Shown: positions 1 to 10,110, numbered from the stretch's first letter. The stretch is 64,000 bases of DNA from a virus (IMGVR_UViG_2814123113_000001:31666-95665); one strand, 5' to 3'. Numbers and translations are program-made. The notes: generated by a model not told the origin, from the sequence alone.

Positions 1-122
1 GGTTAGGATACGCCCGTCTGGCACTGGGTCAGGCCGCCCCGCCCATGCCGCCAACAAGCGCTCATCGGCGGTGAGGCCCGGCGGGACCACGACCGGGATC
101 GGTCGAAAGAACTGCACGCTCC

Positions 123-401
123 TCATGGCGCCGACACCAGAGGCGCCAGCGGCAAGAGCCTACCCTCGCGAAAGGCTTCGATCAGACGCTCGGCGAGATC
201 GCACATAGCGTCCTCACCATGCATGGCGACACCCTCATCCCAGGCCTCTCGCACCCGCTCAGCCGCCCGATCCCCAAACCAGATCGCCTGAAGCCGCCTA
301 GACGCGTCGATCCAACGCAGCGCCACGCCATAGTCGACGCCCGCCGCAAGCGCGGCCCCGTAAACCGGGAAGCTGACAGACTTCGGATGGATCACAGCCA
401 A
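123..401 (-). CDS. hypothetical phage protein
   Basis: ORF overlapping the end of the upstream gene in the same operon. Confidence 0.55.
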   Translation of the reverse strand: MAVIHPKSVSFPVYGAALAAGVDYGVALRWIDASRRLQAIWFGDRAAERVREAWDEGVAMHGEDAMCDLAERLIEAFREGRLLPLAPLVSAP

Positions 402-754
402 GCCTCCCCGAGGTTGACCACAGCCACCGGCTTGCCGCCGATCGTGGCGGGCAGAATGATGCTCCGGCCGGTGGCCAGCACGATCCCTTCGACGGCGTCA
501 TGCTCGGCATAGCGCTGCAACTGCCGTTCGATCTTTGCCCGGACCGCGCCATGGACCTTGGCCTCGACAACAAACCGGCCATCAATCAGCCAGTCAGGCC
601 GATCACGCCCGCTTAGGCGATGTTCACGAGAGATCGCTACGCCCGGAAACGCCGCGCGCAGATGCCCGTCGATCGCCAACTGGCAGTCACTTTCGCGCTT
701 GAGGGGAAAACACCCGCGACCGAGCACCCTGGCGACTTCACCGACACTCACCAT
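392..754 (-). CDS. PD-(D/E)xK-like nuclease-fold protein
   Basis: RPDWLIDGRFVVEAK...QLQRY motif. Confidence 0.65.
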   Translation of the reverse strand: MVSVGEVARVLGRGCFPLKRESDCQLAIDGHLRAAFPGVAISREHRLSGRDRPDWLIDGRFVVEAKVHGAVRAKIERQLQRYAEHDAVEGIVLATGRSIILPATIGGKPVAVVNLGEAWL

Positions 755-758
755 GACC

Positions 759-3296
759 TTACGCGGCCTCCGTCGCTGGAGCTGGACGCTCGCCGATGAG
801 GTCGAAAAGGGTTGGCGTCGCCATCTCGCGCGCCATCGCCTCGACGTGCTTCACGCCATCCAGGAAATAGGCGGGGTTCAGCTCGTTGGCGCACCCCCGT
901 CGCCCAAGCTTGATCGCGCGGTAAGGCACGGTCATCAGCCCGCCGAACGGATCGAACACCATCTCGCCAGGCATGCTGAACTGCGTGATCAGGCGATCGA
1001 CGATGTCGAACGGCAGCGGGCAGAGATGTTTCTCAGCGCCTTTCTGGGCCTGCACCGTGTTGAGCGACAGCATCTGGGCCACGTCCGTCCAGACGTCGTC
1101 GTGCCAGGAATGCGGCGGCAACAGCATGAACGTCGGCGGCAAACGGCCGACCGCCGTTAGCGCCTCGCCGATCTGGACATGGTGCTCGAAGTCATAAAGC
1201 CGCTGGAGATTGAACCCCTTCCACAGGCGGTAGACCTGATCGGCGTCCTCGAACTTGGCCCACTCCTCAGGCGCCACCAGACGATCCCCGGCCGAGCGCA
1301 TGAGGTGATGCGCATCGAGCTGCCAGCGCGCCCGCGTGTAGCTGTCCTTGTCCTTGGCCACCGGCAGATCGGCATAGCCGTTGGAGCGATCCGAGGGCGG
1401 CTTGCGGAACAGCAGCACCTTCTCGGGCAGCCCCGCGCCCATGCGCGAGCCGTCCTTGCACTGCTCCGACCAACCCAACCGATAGGTCTGGTTGTTCTCG
1501 CGAACCACGTCCGTCAGGTTGGTCTTCTCGCCGAGATAGGCGAAGCCATGACGACGGAAGGCGACGCGGCAGTCGTCGGCGAAGGGATAGACGGTCTGGA
1601 AGCCCAGCCCCGTCATGCCGCCCGGCACGATCCGATCCTTGACGTGAATGGCCGCCACGCGCCCAGGCTGCAGGACTCTGAGCAGCTCCGGCACCAGATA
1701 GTCCATCTGCTGCCAAAAGTGCTCGTTGTCGTCGGTGTGGCCAAAGTCGGCGTAGTTGGGCGAATACTCGTACTGCGTCGAGAACGGGATCGACGTGACG
1801 ATCAGGTCGACGCTGCTATCGGCCATGCGGCGCGTCTCGCGCACGGTGTCGTCATTGACCAGACGATAGCCCTCGCCCTCGACGACGATCCGATCCTTGA
1901 CGCCCATGGCGCGCGTCAGGACCCCAGCCATGTCGGCGTTCGACAGGCCATAGTTTCGAATGATCGCGCTCATGGTCGCGGCCATCTCCTCGTGCTGAGC
2001 CCATTTTTCCTGAAGGTTCCGCAGCACCGCGCGCTCGCTCTCGGCGTAGATCACGTGGATCTCGACAGGATGCTGCTGAAGGAACCGCTGGATGCGGTGA
2101 ATGGCCTGGATGAAGTCGTTGAACTTGAAGCCGATGCCCAGGAACACGGCCTTGTGGCAGTGACGCTGAAAGTTACAGCCCGACCCGGCGATGACCGGTT
2201 TCGCCGCGAGGTAGGGGAACCAGCCGTCGCTGAAATGCACGATGGCGTCTTCGCGAGCGTCGGGATCTTGCGCGCCATAGACGCTGACGCATTGCGGAAC
2301 GGCCGCCTCGATCGCCGCGCGCTCGGCCTCCAGGTCATGCCAGAGGATGTATCGCTCATCCGGATCGGCCCGCAGGATCTCGCACATCTTCAGGACGCGA
2401 GCCTCGAGCGTGTCGCGCTTGACCTTGCTGGCCCCAACGATCCCCTGCGCGTCGTCCTGAAACAGGCGATGCTGCCCGCTCTTGTCGACGCCGGCGGCGC
2501 GGTGATCGACCGGAACCTCGTGATAAATGACCTTCAGCTCGGGAAGGGCGTAGCCCTCGTCGCTGAAACCCAGGTCCGACGGCCGCTGGACAAACAGCGC
2601 CCAACTGGCGACCCAGAGCCAGAACTCCTGTTCCTTGTGCGGGTGAAGGGTGAGGTTATCGGCGTTCTCGCTGTCGCGCTTGAAGAACCGCGTCTTGGCC
2701 TGCCCCACGTCCATCACATCAAGGAAAGCTGAATAGGCCAGCAGCTCGATGTGATCGTTCGGCGAGGGCGTCGCCGTGCCGACGAAGCGATAGGCGACCC
2801 TGTCGAACAGCCGCATGAACTCGCGAAAGGTCTTGCTGCCGCCAAAGCCGCGGAGGCACGAGGCCTCGTCGAGGCAGGCCACCGAGAAGTGGTTCGGGTC
2901 CAGCTTGCCGTCGCGCACCGTCTCGTAGTTCGTCAGATAGATCCCTCGAGGGTCGGTCGCCTCCTCGATACGGCGAATAAAGGTCACGTCGATGCCCAGC
3001 ATCGCAGCGTCCTTCCGGAACTCCTGACGCACACCGAGCGGCATCACGATCAGCGCGCGCCCACCGACCAGGTCGCGCATGATCCGCGCGATCTCCAACT
3101 GCATCACGCTCTTGCCCAGGCCGAAGGCGGCAAAGATCGCCGCCCGTCCCCGCCAGACCGCCCACCGCACGATCGCCCGCTGGTGCGGCTTGAGCAGCGG
3201 ATTGATGACCTCATCACCGATCTCGAACCCGCATCGCGGCGCGGGCGGCACCTTAGCGGCAAGGAAGGCGTCATAGTCACGAACGGCGATCGTCAT
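759..3296 (-). CDS. SNF2-like helicase fused to N4/N6 DNA methyltransferase
   Basis: Helicase motifs FGLGKS, LDEAS, TATP, QAIHRIQRF; MTase motifs TSIPF, HLCPLP, DPFGG. Confidence 0.85.
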   Translation of the reverse strand: MTIAVRDYDAFLAAKVPPAPRCGFEIGDEVINPLLKPHQRAIVRWAVWRGRAAIFAAFGLGKSVMQLEIARIMRDLVGGRALIVMPLGVRQEFRKDAAMLGIDVTFIRRIEEATDPRGIYLTNYETVRDGKLDPNHFSVACLDEASCLRGFGGSKTFREFMRLFDRVAYRFVGTATPSPNDHIELLAYSAFLDVMDVGQAKTRFFKRDSENADNLTLHPHKEQEFWLWVASWALFVQRPSDLGFSDEGYALPELKVIYHEVPVDHRAAGVDKSGQHRLFQDDAQGIVGASKVKRDTLEARVLKMCEILRADPDERYILWHDLEAERAAIEAAVPQCVSVYGAQDPDAREDAIVHFSDGWFPYLAAKPVIAGSGCNFQRHCHKAVFLGIGFKFNDFIQAIHRIQRFLQQHPVEIHVIYAESERAVLRNLQEKWAQHEEMAATMSAIIRNYGLSNADMAGVLTRAMGVKDRIVVEGEGYRLVNDDTVRETRRMADSSVDLIVTSIPFSTQYEYSPNYADFGHTDDNEHFWQQMDYLVPELLRVLQPGRVAAIHVKDRIVPGGMTGLGFQTVYPFADDCRVAFRRHGFAYLGEKTNLTDVVRENNQTYRLGWSEQCKDGSRMGAGLPEKVLLFRKPPSDRSNGYADLPVAKDKDSYTRARWQLDAHHLMRSAGDRLVAPEEWAKFEDADQVYRLWKGFNLQRLYDFEHHVQIGEALTAVGRLPPTFMLLPPHSWHDDVWTDVAQMLSLNTVQAQKGAEKHLCPLPFDIVDRLITQFSMPGEMVFDPFGGLMTVPYRAIKLGRRGCANELNPAYFLDGVKHVEAMAREMATPTLFDLIGERPAPATEAA

Positions 3297-5333
3297 GCCA
3301 CCACCCGCACGTCTTCAGCCTGGGGCGGCAGGTTGGCGCGGATGAAGGGTGCAGCGGCGATCGGCGACACGCTGTTGCCGATCAGGCGGGTCTCGTCTGT
3401 CTTGGTGACAGGCTCGACCTTGCCGGTCGCAAAGTCGATCCGCCGATCGGTGCGATACGCCTTCGGAAAGCCTTGCGCCGCCGCCAGCTCGCGCGGCGTC
3501 AGCATCCGCATGCCAATGTCGGCGATCTGCATCAGCTCGCCGCGCACATAGACGAGGCCGAAGCGGGCGCGCGACGTGACGCTGTGGAGCGGGTCGCGAA
3601 GATCCTGCCCCTCGGCGGTGCCGTAGTATTTGACGAGAAACGCGCTCAGGCGATCCGAGATCGGAGCCCCGCCCTCAGCCAGCGGCATTTGCAGCAGATA
3701 GTGATGGTTGCCCCCGGCCGTGATCGTCTTGGCTGGCTGTTCGGGATTGCCTTCACCGCCGGCCGTGTTCGACGTGTAGGCATGAGACAGCATCGCCGTG
3801 ACCAGCCGCTGAGTGCAGCCCTTGCTGACGATGGTCGACACCGGGTCAACCATATCGCGTCCGACCATGTCGGTATTGGCCTGTTCCATGTAGGCCGACA
3901 CTACGCCAAGCGGCACTGCGCCACCGGGCCGCACGTTGAAGCTGCTGGCCGTCACAGTCGGCATCGGATCTTCGAGGCCCGACCCCGTCGCACCCGCGCG
4001 GAACTTGGTGAGGAACTGGGTCACCAGCCCATGGCGCGGCGCGCCATGCCATCACCGTATGCAGTGGCTCGCCAGGATCCTCGCCGATGCTGTTCTCGCT
4101 GAACTTGGTCAGATAGGCCGCCGTCAAACAGCGATCCGCCTTGCCGATCACCGTTCCGAGAGGATCATCCAGTCCGCGCGGCGGACTTTGACCGGCCCGC
4201 GACCCACAACCCACAATCGCCCCGCCCATCAGCGTCGGCTGGACCAGGGCCAGCTCGCCCCGATGCGCGGCCGTCACCGTCCGCAGAGGATCTTGCGGGT
4301 CGTAGACCCGGCCCTCGCCATGATGCGTCAACGGGGTGACGAACGGCCCGGCCGCCATCTCGGGCTGCACCAGGGCAAAAGCGCCGCCGCGCGGATAGGC
4401 CGTGATGGTCCGCAACGGATCGTCGATGTCGTGAACGCGCTCGTGCGACCAGTTCTGGATCGGCACGATGAACGGGTCGCCCGAGGCGATGACGTAGCGC
4501 ATCACCCCCTTGGCGATACGCGCCAAGGTGGCCTCTTCCAACGGCCGCTTGGCCCGGATGCCCCGCTCGCGGCATTCCGCCTGCGTCAGGAAGATCGACG
4601 GGCACGGCAGCGAGAAGTCGATGCAGTCGGCGGCCGGAACATAGGGCTTGAGCCCCTTGCTCTTGGCCACCTTGCGCGGCGCATGCGTCGGCTCAGGCCA
4701 CACGATCGGCTGGCCATCGCGGCGCGCGATCAGGATCAGCCGCTTACGCGTGGTCGGGGCGCCGAAGTCGGCGGCGATCCAATCGACCTTGTACTCGACC
4801 ACATAGCCGCATTGACGCAGCCGCTTGCACCAAAGGCCGAACGTCTCGCCCTTCCGCGCCGGATCGGGCCGCTGGACACCCTTGTCGTCCGGCGGCAGCA
4901 GTGGCCCCCAGTCGACGAACTCTTCGACGTTTTCGAGGAAGATCACGTCGGGCGCGAGATCGCCGAGCAGCTTGGCGACCTTGACCACCACCCAGGCCAG
5001 GCCCCGCACGCGCGGGCTCACAGGCGCGCTGCCCTTAGCCTTGCTGAAATGGCGACAGTCGGGCGAGGCCCAGAAAGACCGCCACTTCACGCCCGGCCGG
5101 ATCACGGTCGGATCAATGTCGAACACGTCGGCGATGAAGTGTTCGGTCTCGGGGCAGTTGAACATGTGGACGCCGATGGCGACCGCGTTGTGGTTCAAGG
5201 CCACATCGGGGTGACGGCCGAGCGCTAGGCGATAGGCCTCAGACGACCCGCCGGCCCCTGCGAAGTAAACCACGTCGATGGGGCGCGCGGGCGCATCGTT
5301 GGCTGGCGCGATATAGGCGGAGCGCTCAGCCAT
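3293..5333 (-). pseudogene. C5 cytosine DNA methyltransferase, split by a +1 frameshift near 4047
   Basis: FAGAGG, SPDC and ENVEE in the upstream ORF; RMLTPRELAAAQGFP and IGNSV in the downstream frame; removing one base near 4047 gives one continuous ORF. Confidence 0.8.
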
Positions 5334-5844
5334 CGGCGCCGACCAGCTCACGCCCCATGGGGCTCAGACGCCATGCAAATCGCCCGGTGTTCAGACGCCG
5401 CGAAACGACGACACCTCGGGTTTCGAGAACGGGCAGAAGCTTGCCGACCTTGTTCCCGCCCACCCGCAACCGTTGCATCAGCTCGGCGACCGCGACGTCG
5501 CGTTGCTTACGACGATCGGACTGATAGTCCTGCTCAGCCTCGTGCAGCACGCTCAGCACGAACTTGCTGACATCGTCCAGATCACGCAGTCGCAGACGTG
5601 GCGCGGAGACGACAGGCGCGACGAAGTCGGGCCGGTAGTCCGGATCGCAGGCCAGACGTACGTCGTGAACCGACCGGCCGACCATTTCGGCGCAAGCCTG
5701 CCAACTGGCGCGCACAGTGCGGCGACGCTCGCGGACCATGTCCATCTCATAGCGTTCGATCCGGGAGCGCGGCAGCACGCCCACATCCGAAAGCGCGCCG
5801 CTAGCCGTTCTCAGCGCCGAAGCGGTATGACCCCCTCGCGACAT
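5326..5844 (-). CDS. putative winged-helix DNA-binding protein
   Basis: VAELMQRLRVGGNKVGKLLPVLETRGVV wHTH-like pattern; coupled to the next gene. Confidence 0.55.
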   Translation of the reverse strand: MSRGGHTASALRTASGALSDVGVLPRSRIERYEMDMVRERRRTVRASWQACAEMVGRSVHDVRLACDPDYRPDFVAPVVSAPRLRLRDLDDVSKFVLSVLHEAEQDYQSDRRKQRDVAVAELMQRLRVGGNKVGKLLPVLETRGVVVSRRLNTGRFAWRLSPMGRELVGADG

Positions 5845-6249
5845 CTAGTCCTCCATCCCCATGCGTTGGCGGCTCGCAGCCGCTTGAGCCGCGCCCTGTT
5901 CGATCAGAAAGTCGGTGAAAGCCTTCGCGTCGGCGGCCAGGCCTGCGGCGAACGCCGTTCGGGTGCTTGCGCCCCCATCGACCCAGAGGCGCGCCCGCTC
6001 CAGAAACGACTTGGCCCAACGGGCGCGGATGTCACCGCGCTCGACCGGGAAGTTGTCACCCGTCAGGCCGCGCAGGCTGTTGGCGAAGTCGTAGGGCGTC
6101 TCGGAAGGCGCATCGAAGGCCTTGAGCGCGTACTCGAACATCGTGATCCACGCTCGCCGATCAGGCGAACGGCGTTCGGGCGTACGCGGCGCCGAGCGAC
6201 GCGGCAGGCCGCTCACATAGCCAGAAGAGCGCGAGGGATAGCGGCTCAT
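5845..6249 (-). CDS. hypothetical phage protein containing two dispersed palindromes
   Basis: ATGA overlap with the upstream gene. Confidence 0.6.
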   Translation of the reverse strand: MSRYPSRSSGYVSGLPRRSAPRTPERRSPDRRAWITMFEYALKAFDAPSETPYDFANSLRGLTGDNFPVERGDIRARWAKSFLERARLWVDGGASTRTAFAAGLAADAKAFTDFLIEQGAAQAAASRQRMGMED

Positions 6250-6701
6250 TCTTTGCCCCCGCCGCTGACCAGCTTTTGCGCAGCGCTCTTGAAGGCGTCG
6301 GCAGCCTCGAGCGCCTCGCGCGCAGCGACTTCACGCGCCAGCCGATCGCCTCCACGCTCAAGAGCATCGAACATCGCGTTGACGGCCTCGTTGCCCTCTC
6401 GGACAGCCGCCTTCATGCTGGCCGCAACTTCGGCGGCGCCGGCCGAGGCCATAGACGCGCGCTCCAGGCGCATGGCGTAAGCGGCTAGCATCGGCGGGTC
6501 TCCGCCACCGGCCGCGATGAACGCGGCATCCAGGCGAACAGCGTCCTCGATCGTCGGCAGGGCGCCAGTATCCGGATCGGACCAGTTGCGCACGGTCCGC
6601 TCGGCCTTTCCGACCGCTTCGGCCGCGACGGGATAGGTGAGAAAGCCGCCGATCGTGGCGACGGCGTCCTGAAAGCTCGCGGGGACGCGACGCTTGGTCA
6701 T
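6246..6701 (-). CDS. CII-like regulatory protein
   Basis: HTH-like AAEAVGKAERTVRNWSDPD; located downstream of cro. Confidence 0.6.
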   Translation of the reverse strand: MTKRRVPASFQDAVATIGGFLTYPVAAEAVGKAERTVRNWSDPDTGALPTIEDAVRLDAAFIAAGGGDPPMLAAYAMRLERASMASAGAAEVAASMKAAVREGNEAVNAMFDALERGGDRLAREVAAREALEAADAFKSAAQKLVSGGGKE

Positions 6702-6898
6702 GCCCAGCTCCGAATGTTGAGGAAGGGGATCGCGCCGCTGGCGAGGCGGATGCCAGCGGCGCGCGCGACGACGGGCAGAAGGTGGGGACCCGTCACGCGA
6801 TGGCGGGGTCGGCGTTGCAAAGCAGCAAGCCGACCGCAAACGACGTGCCCGTCCGGCGCGGCTACAAGCCTGATGGCGCCTACAACCGGAGGGACAAG

Positions 6899-7138
6899 AT
6901 GAATGACCTGACGATCATCAAGGGCCAGATCGAAGCCCTTGCCCACGCCAGCGCAATCCTGTTGGGCGCTCGCATCCGACACCTGACGCCTGGCGAAGCC
7001 GCCACGGCCTGCCGTGTGTTCGCGACCCCGCTGACCGATCCGACACCAGCCGACGATCCGGCCCGGCGCGGCGTCATGCTGGACACGCTGGGCGACATCG
7101 CCGAGCGCGCCCTGATGTTGAGCAGGCCCGTCGGATGA
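6899..7138 (+). CDS. small counter-oriented hypothetical protein
   Basis: GGAGGG RBS before ATG; helical 79-aa ORF. Confidence 0.55.
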   Translation: MNDLTIIKGQIEALAHASAILLGARIRHLTPGEAATACRVFATPLTDPTPADDPARRGVMLDTLGDIAERALMLSRPVG

Positions 7139-7265
7139 CCCAGCGGAAATACAGCGCGAGCGAGTTTGCCACCCACCCGTCAACTCTGGTTCGACGGCAA
7201 TGTGTCGCGGCGTCGCACCATGCAAATTAACGCCCAATTCCACGGCCACGCTGTATGCGGTGGCC

Positions 7266-7481
7266 ATGATCGACGAACCGACTACACGACCGTCCGACGA
7301 GTTTCGCGCCTTGACGATCCTGGCCTTGGCGCTTGCCGAAACTCTTGGCCAGCAAGGCCAGGGCGAGAAGTTCCTGGTGAACCTGATGCGCGTGATCGAA
7401 GACCAGCGCCCGACCGCATCAGCCGACGATCGCGCCATCACCTGGGCAGACAAGCTCGCCACGGAGTTGCTGGTCAGGTAG
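7266..7481 (+). CDS. small counter-oriented hypothetical protein
   Basis: ORF with plausible codon usage. Confidence 0.45.
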   Translation: MIDEPTTRPSDEFRALTILALALAETLGQQGQGEKFLVNLMRVIEDQRPTASADDRAITWADKLATELLVR

Positions 7482-7902
7482 CTCGCGACTTGACCGCGAA
7501 CGCCGGGTATGTAGCATTCGCAACCGCCGGGGGTGTGTATGCCGCGTACGCGTTTCGATGTAGCGAAGATCTGCGACCCGACGCCGGTCGGGACAAGATC
7601 GATGGCGGTAAAGGCCAACTTGGAGGCATCGATCTCGCCCGCGAACGACCCCGTCGACTTCACGAGCGCATACATGGTGCTTGTCGACAGACTGCTCAGC
7701 GACGTAGCCGACAGCGACGCCAGCGAGTGCGCCCGCATCGTTCGAGCCATCACGCGCCGCTCGATCAAAGAAACACCGAAAGGGCGCGCGACGCTGCGAC
7801 GCGCGCCGCATTTGGCGACCGCCGAGGCGGTGTCCAGGCGCGTCTTGAAGGCGCGCTGCGAAGCGTGCCCTCGGATCTGCCAGTCTCCACTGAGATAGGA
7901 CA

Positions 7903-8091
7903 TCAATCCCTCTCAGCCGGAAGCCATGCGCTTGGCGGGATGCCCAGCTCGCGCTCAATCCGAACCGCCAGCTCAAGCGAAGGCGTTCTAGCCCCGCTCA
8001 CGAGCTGAGAAACGTAGCCCTTCGAAATGCCCAGCGACCTCAGCTTCTCGCCAAGATCCTCGCTCGACCGGGTGAGGTTTGCGGTTTCCAT
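7903..8091 (-). CDS. cro: Cro-like XRE HTH regulator
   Basis: LGISKGYVSQLVSGARTPSLELAVRIE; divergent from the repressor. Confidence 0.8.
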   Translation of the reverse strand: METANLTRSSEDLGEKLRSLGISKGYVSQLVSGARTPSLELAVRIERELGIPPSAWLPAERD

Positions 8092-8099
8092 GCCCAAGG

Positions 8100-8185
8100 G
8101 TTTGCATATTGCAAACTCTTTGGCAACCCGCTCGGTTTGCAGACTGCGTGACGACGCGGATGTGCCGTTACGTCAAACTGCGAAC
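8100..8185. promoter_or_regulatory. OR-like operator region of prophage 1
   Basis: GTTTGCATATTGCAAAC at 8100-8116 and GTTTGCAGACTGCGTGA at 8135-8151, between cro and cI. Confidence 0.75.
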
Positions 8186-8506
8186 ATGGAAAGCCCCGAC
8201 AAGCCCCTGCACCATCTTCGCGACTGGCGGAACTACAGAGGCCTTTCGCAAGAGGATCTGGCTGAGCAGATCGGGACGACCAAGTCTGTCATTAGCTTGC
8301 TTGAGACAGGCGAGCGGCAGCTATCGCCCAAGTGGCTTTTCAGGCTGGCTCCAGCCCTGAAAACGAAGCCGGGCGCGATTATCGATCACAACCCTTATGA
8401 ACTCCCCCGCGACGTCATCGACATCTGGCTGGAGATCGATGAGCAGCAGAGGCCTCAGGCCATGAAGGTGCTCGAAACCTTCCGCAAGGTCGCAAGCGGC
8501 AGCTAG
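8186..8506 (+). CDS. cI: CI-like XRE repressor without a peptidase domain
   Basis: LRDWRNYRGLSQEDLAEQIGTTKSVISLLETGERQLS. Confidence 0.8.
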   Translation: MESPDKPLHHLRDWRNYRGLSQEDLAEQIGTTKSVISLLETGERQLSPKWLFRLAPALKTKPGAIIDHNPYELPRDVIDIWLEIDEQQRPQAMKVLETFRKVASGS

Positions 8507-8508
8507 AC

Positions 8509-9291
8509 ATGCTCGGGTTTATCAAGGCGCTATTACGCGGCGAAGCGCATGACGCGCCGCCCCTGACGCCCCCGACCTTCTCAAGTCCGATCGTCCCACC
8601 GGAAGACAGTCCCGCAACTATCCAGCCCGCACCTGGTGATGAAGATCACCCACTTTTCGGTCGAGCCCTGATAATCGACTACATTGATGCTCAGGATGTG
8701 GCGAGTTTTCGCCGCATATCAGTGCGAAACTGCTACGCATCGGGAAACTATTCATATGTCGCTGCGCGATGCCTTGAGCGGCAAGCTCATCGCGTCTTTC
8801 GAATTGATCGGATTGATAGCGTAGCCTGTGGCGTTAGCGGCGAAGACCTCGGAGATCCCGAACGCTTCTTTGTTCCAGCTCCACCCGCGATCGGAAGCCG
8901 CGCCGGGCGCCTTGGTCGCAAACCGCTCCCACATCCAGAGTTGCGAGCTGCCATCAGAGCCTTGATCACGGTCGCAAGAGCCGACGGGTTCATTCACCCC
9001 AGCGAACGGCAAGTTATCCAGTCCTTCCTAAAGGTCGCCGGCGCATCACTTAGCGAAGCAGAGCGAGGCGAAATGCTGCAACGAGCCCTCGGCCTCAACG
9101 CCGATTGTGAAGCGTTCTATCGTAATTTGCGGATTATGTTTCAGGCGGGAGAGCCGCTTGCCAGCACAACGATTGCCGCCATGGGGGATCTCGCTCGAGC
9201 CGACGGCGAAGTGTCGGACGATGAGATGTTCCTCGTCAGCGAGATGATCCGAAAAGGCAAGGAGCACGACTACCGCATAACAATCGAGTAG
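8509..9291 (+). CDS. WYL-domain / TerB-like fusion protein
   Basis: IDYID...RRISV...CLERQAHRVFRIDRI (WYL); ARADG.IHPSE and ARADGEVSDDE (TerB); codon usage less GC-rich than neighbours. Confidence 0.7.
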   Translation: MLGFIKALLRGEAHDAPPLTPPTFSSPIVPPEDSPATIQPAPGDEDHPLFGRALIIDYIDAQDVASFRRISVRNCYASGNYSYVAARCLERQAHRVFRIDRIDSVACGVSGEDLGDPERFFVPAPPAIGSRAGRLGRKPLPHPELRAAIRALITVARADGFIHPSERQVIQSFLKVAGASLSEAERGEMLQRALGLNADCEAFYRNLRIMFQAGEPLASTTIAAMGDLARADGEVSDDEMFLVSEMIRKGKEHDYRITIE

Positions 9292-9311
9292 CGCTTTCCG
9301 CAAACCGTCAG

Positions 9312-9363
9312 GTTCGCAGACTGCAAACTTTTTGTTTGACGCCGACGTTTGCAATATGCAAAC
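9312..9363. promoter_or_regulatory. OL-like operators and early promoter of prophage 1
   Basis: GTTCGCAGACTGCAAAC at 9312-9328 and GTTTGCAATATGCAAAC at 9347-9363, with TTGACG between them. Confidence 0.75.
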
Positions 9364-9475
9364 GCTATGGTCACCCGCACCGGACGAGCGAGCACACGGG
9401 GTGTTCGTCTGGGACTGGAAGGGCGTTGAGAACCGATTTCGGTTCCCGATCGCTCCGGTGCGGTCTGAGGACCAT

Positions 9476-9757
9476 ATGGGAGAGAATGCAACGATCACCG
9501 GCGAGGCCCACGGCCTGGTGCTGGTGGTGGCCGACCGAGGCTTTGTCTGGGTCGGTGAAACGGTCACGACCCCGGACTGGGTCGAGATCAAGAACGCCCG
9601 CTGCGTGCGCCGCTGGGGCACGACCAAGGGCCTGAACCAACTAGCCATCGAGGGACCGCAATCGAGCACTCAGCTCGACGCTCCCGCCGACCTCAAGGTC
9701 AGCCGCAAAGCCCTCATCGCCATCATCCCGTGCGAGGCCGAGAAGTGGGCCGCATAG
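9476..9757 (+). CDS. DUF6948-like small phage protein
   Basis: VVADRGFVWVG...NARCVRRWGTTKGLNQLA.EGP; near-identical paralog at 54793-55062. Confidence 0.75.
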   Translation: MGENATITGEAHGLVLVVADRGFVWVGETVTTPDWVEIKNARCVRRWGTTKGLNQLAIEGPQSSTQLDAPADLKVSRKALIAIIPCEAEKWAA

Positions 9758-10107
9758 CGACCCTCGACGGCCAAGGCGCGGGCACCGCCCGCGCCGACGG
9801 CTACGGCTACGGCGACGGCGACGGCGACGGCTACGGCTACGGCGACGGCGACGGCGACGGCTACGGCTACGGCGACGGCGACGGCTACGGCGACGGCGAC
9901 GGCTACGGCTACGGCTACGGCTACGGCGACGGCGACGGCTACGGCTACGGCTACGGCTACGGCGACGGCGACGGCGACGGCGACGGCTACGGCTACGGCT
10001 ACGGCGACGGCGACGGCGACGGCTACGGCTACGGCGACGGCGACGGCGACGGCGACGGCTACGGCTACGGCTACGGCTACGGCTACGGCTACGGCTACGG
10101 CTGGTGA
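9745..10107 (+). CDS. Gly-Tyr/Gly-Asp repeat protein (GTG start)
   Basis: GAGG upstream of GTG; N-terminus and GW* ending conserved in the second copy. Confidence 0.65.
   Translation: MGRIATLDGQGAGTARADGYGYGDGDGDGYGYGDGDGDGYGYGDGDGYGDGDGYGYGYGYGDGDGYGYGYGYGDGDGDGDGYGYGYGDGDGDGYGYGDGDGDGDGYGYGYGYGYGYGYGW
9799..10098 (+). repeat. 50 tandem hexamers GGC(T/G)AC
   Basis: Read directly; 27 GGCTAC and 23 GGCGAC. Confidence 0.97.
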
Positions 10108-10110
10108 GCC

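Noticed and set aside
1179-2732. Long opposite-strand ORFs (also 24983-26611, 39504-40967, 57816-59627)
   Set aside because: Antisense shadows typical of high-GC coding DNA, lying over genes with recognisable motifs
9799-10098. Array as a CRISPR or diversity-generating retroelement repeat
   Set aside because: No spacers, cas genes or reverse transcriptase in the window
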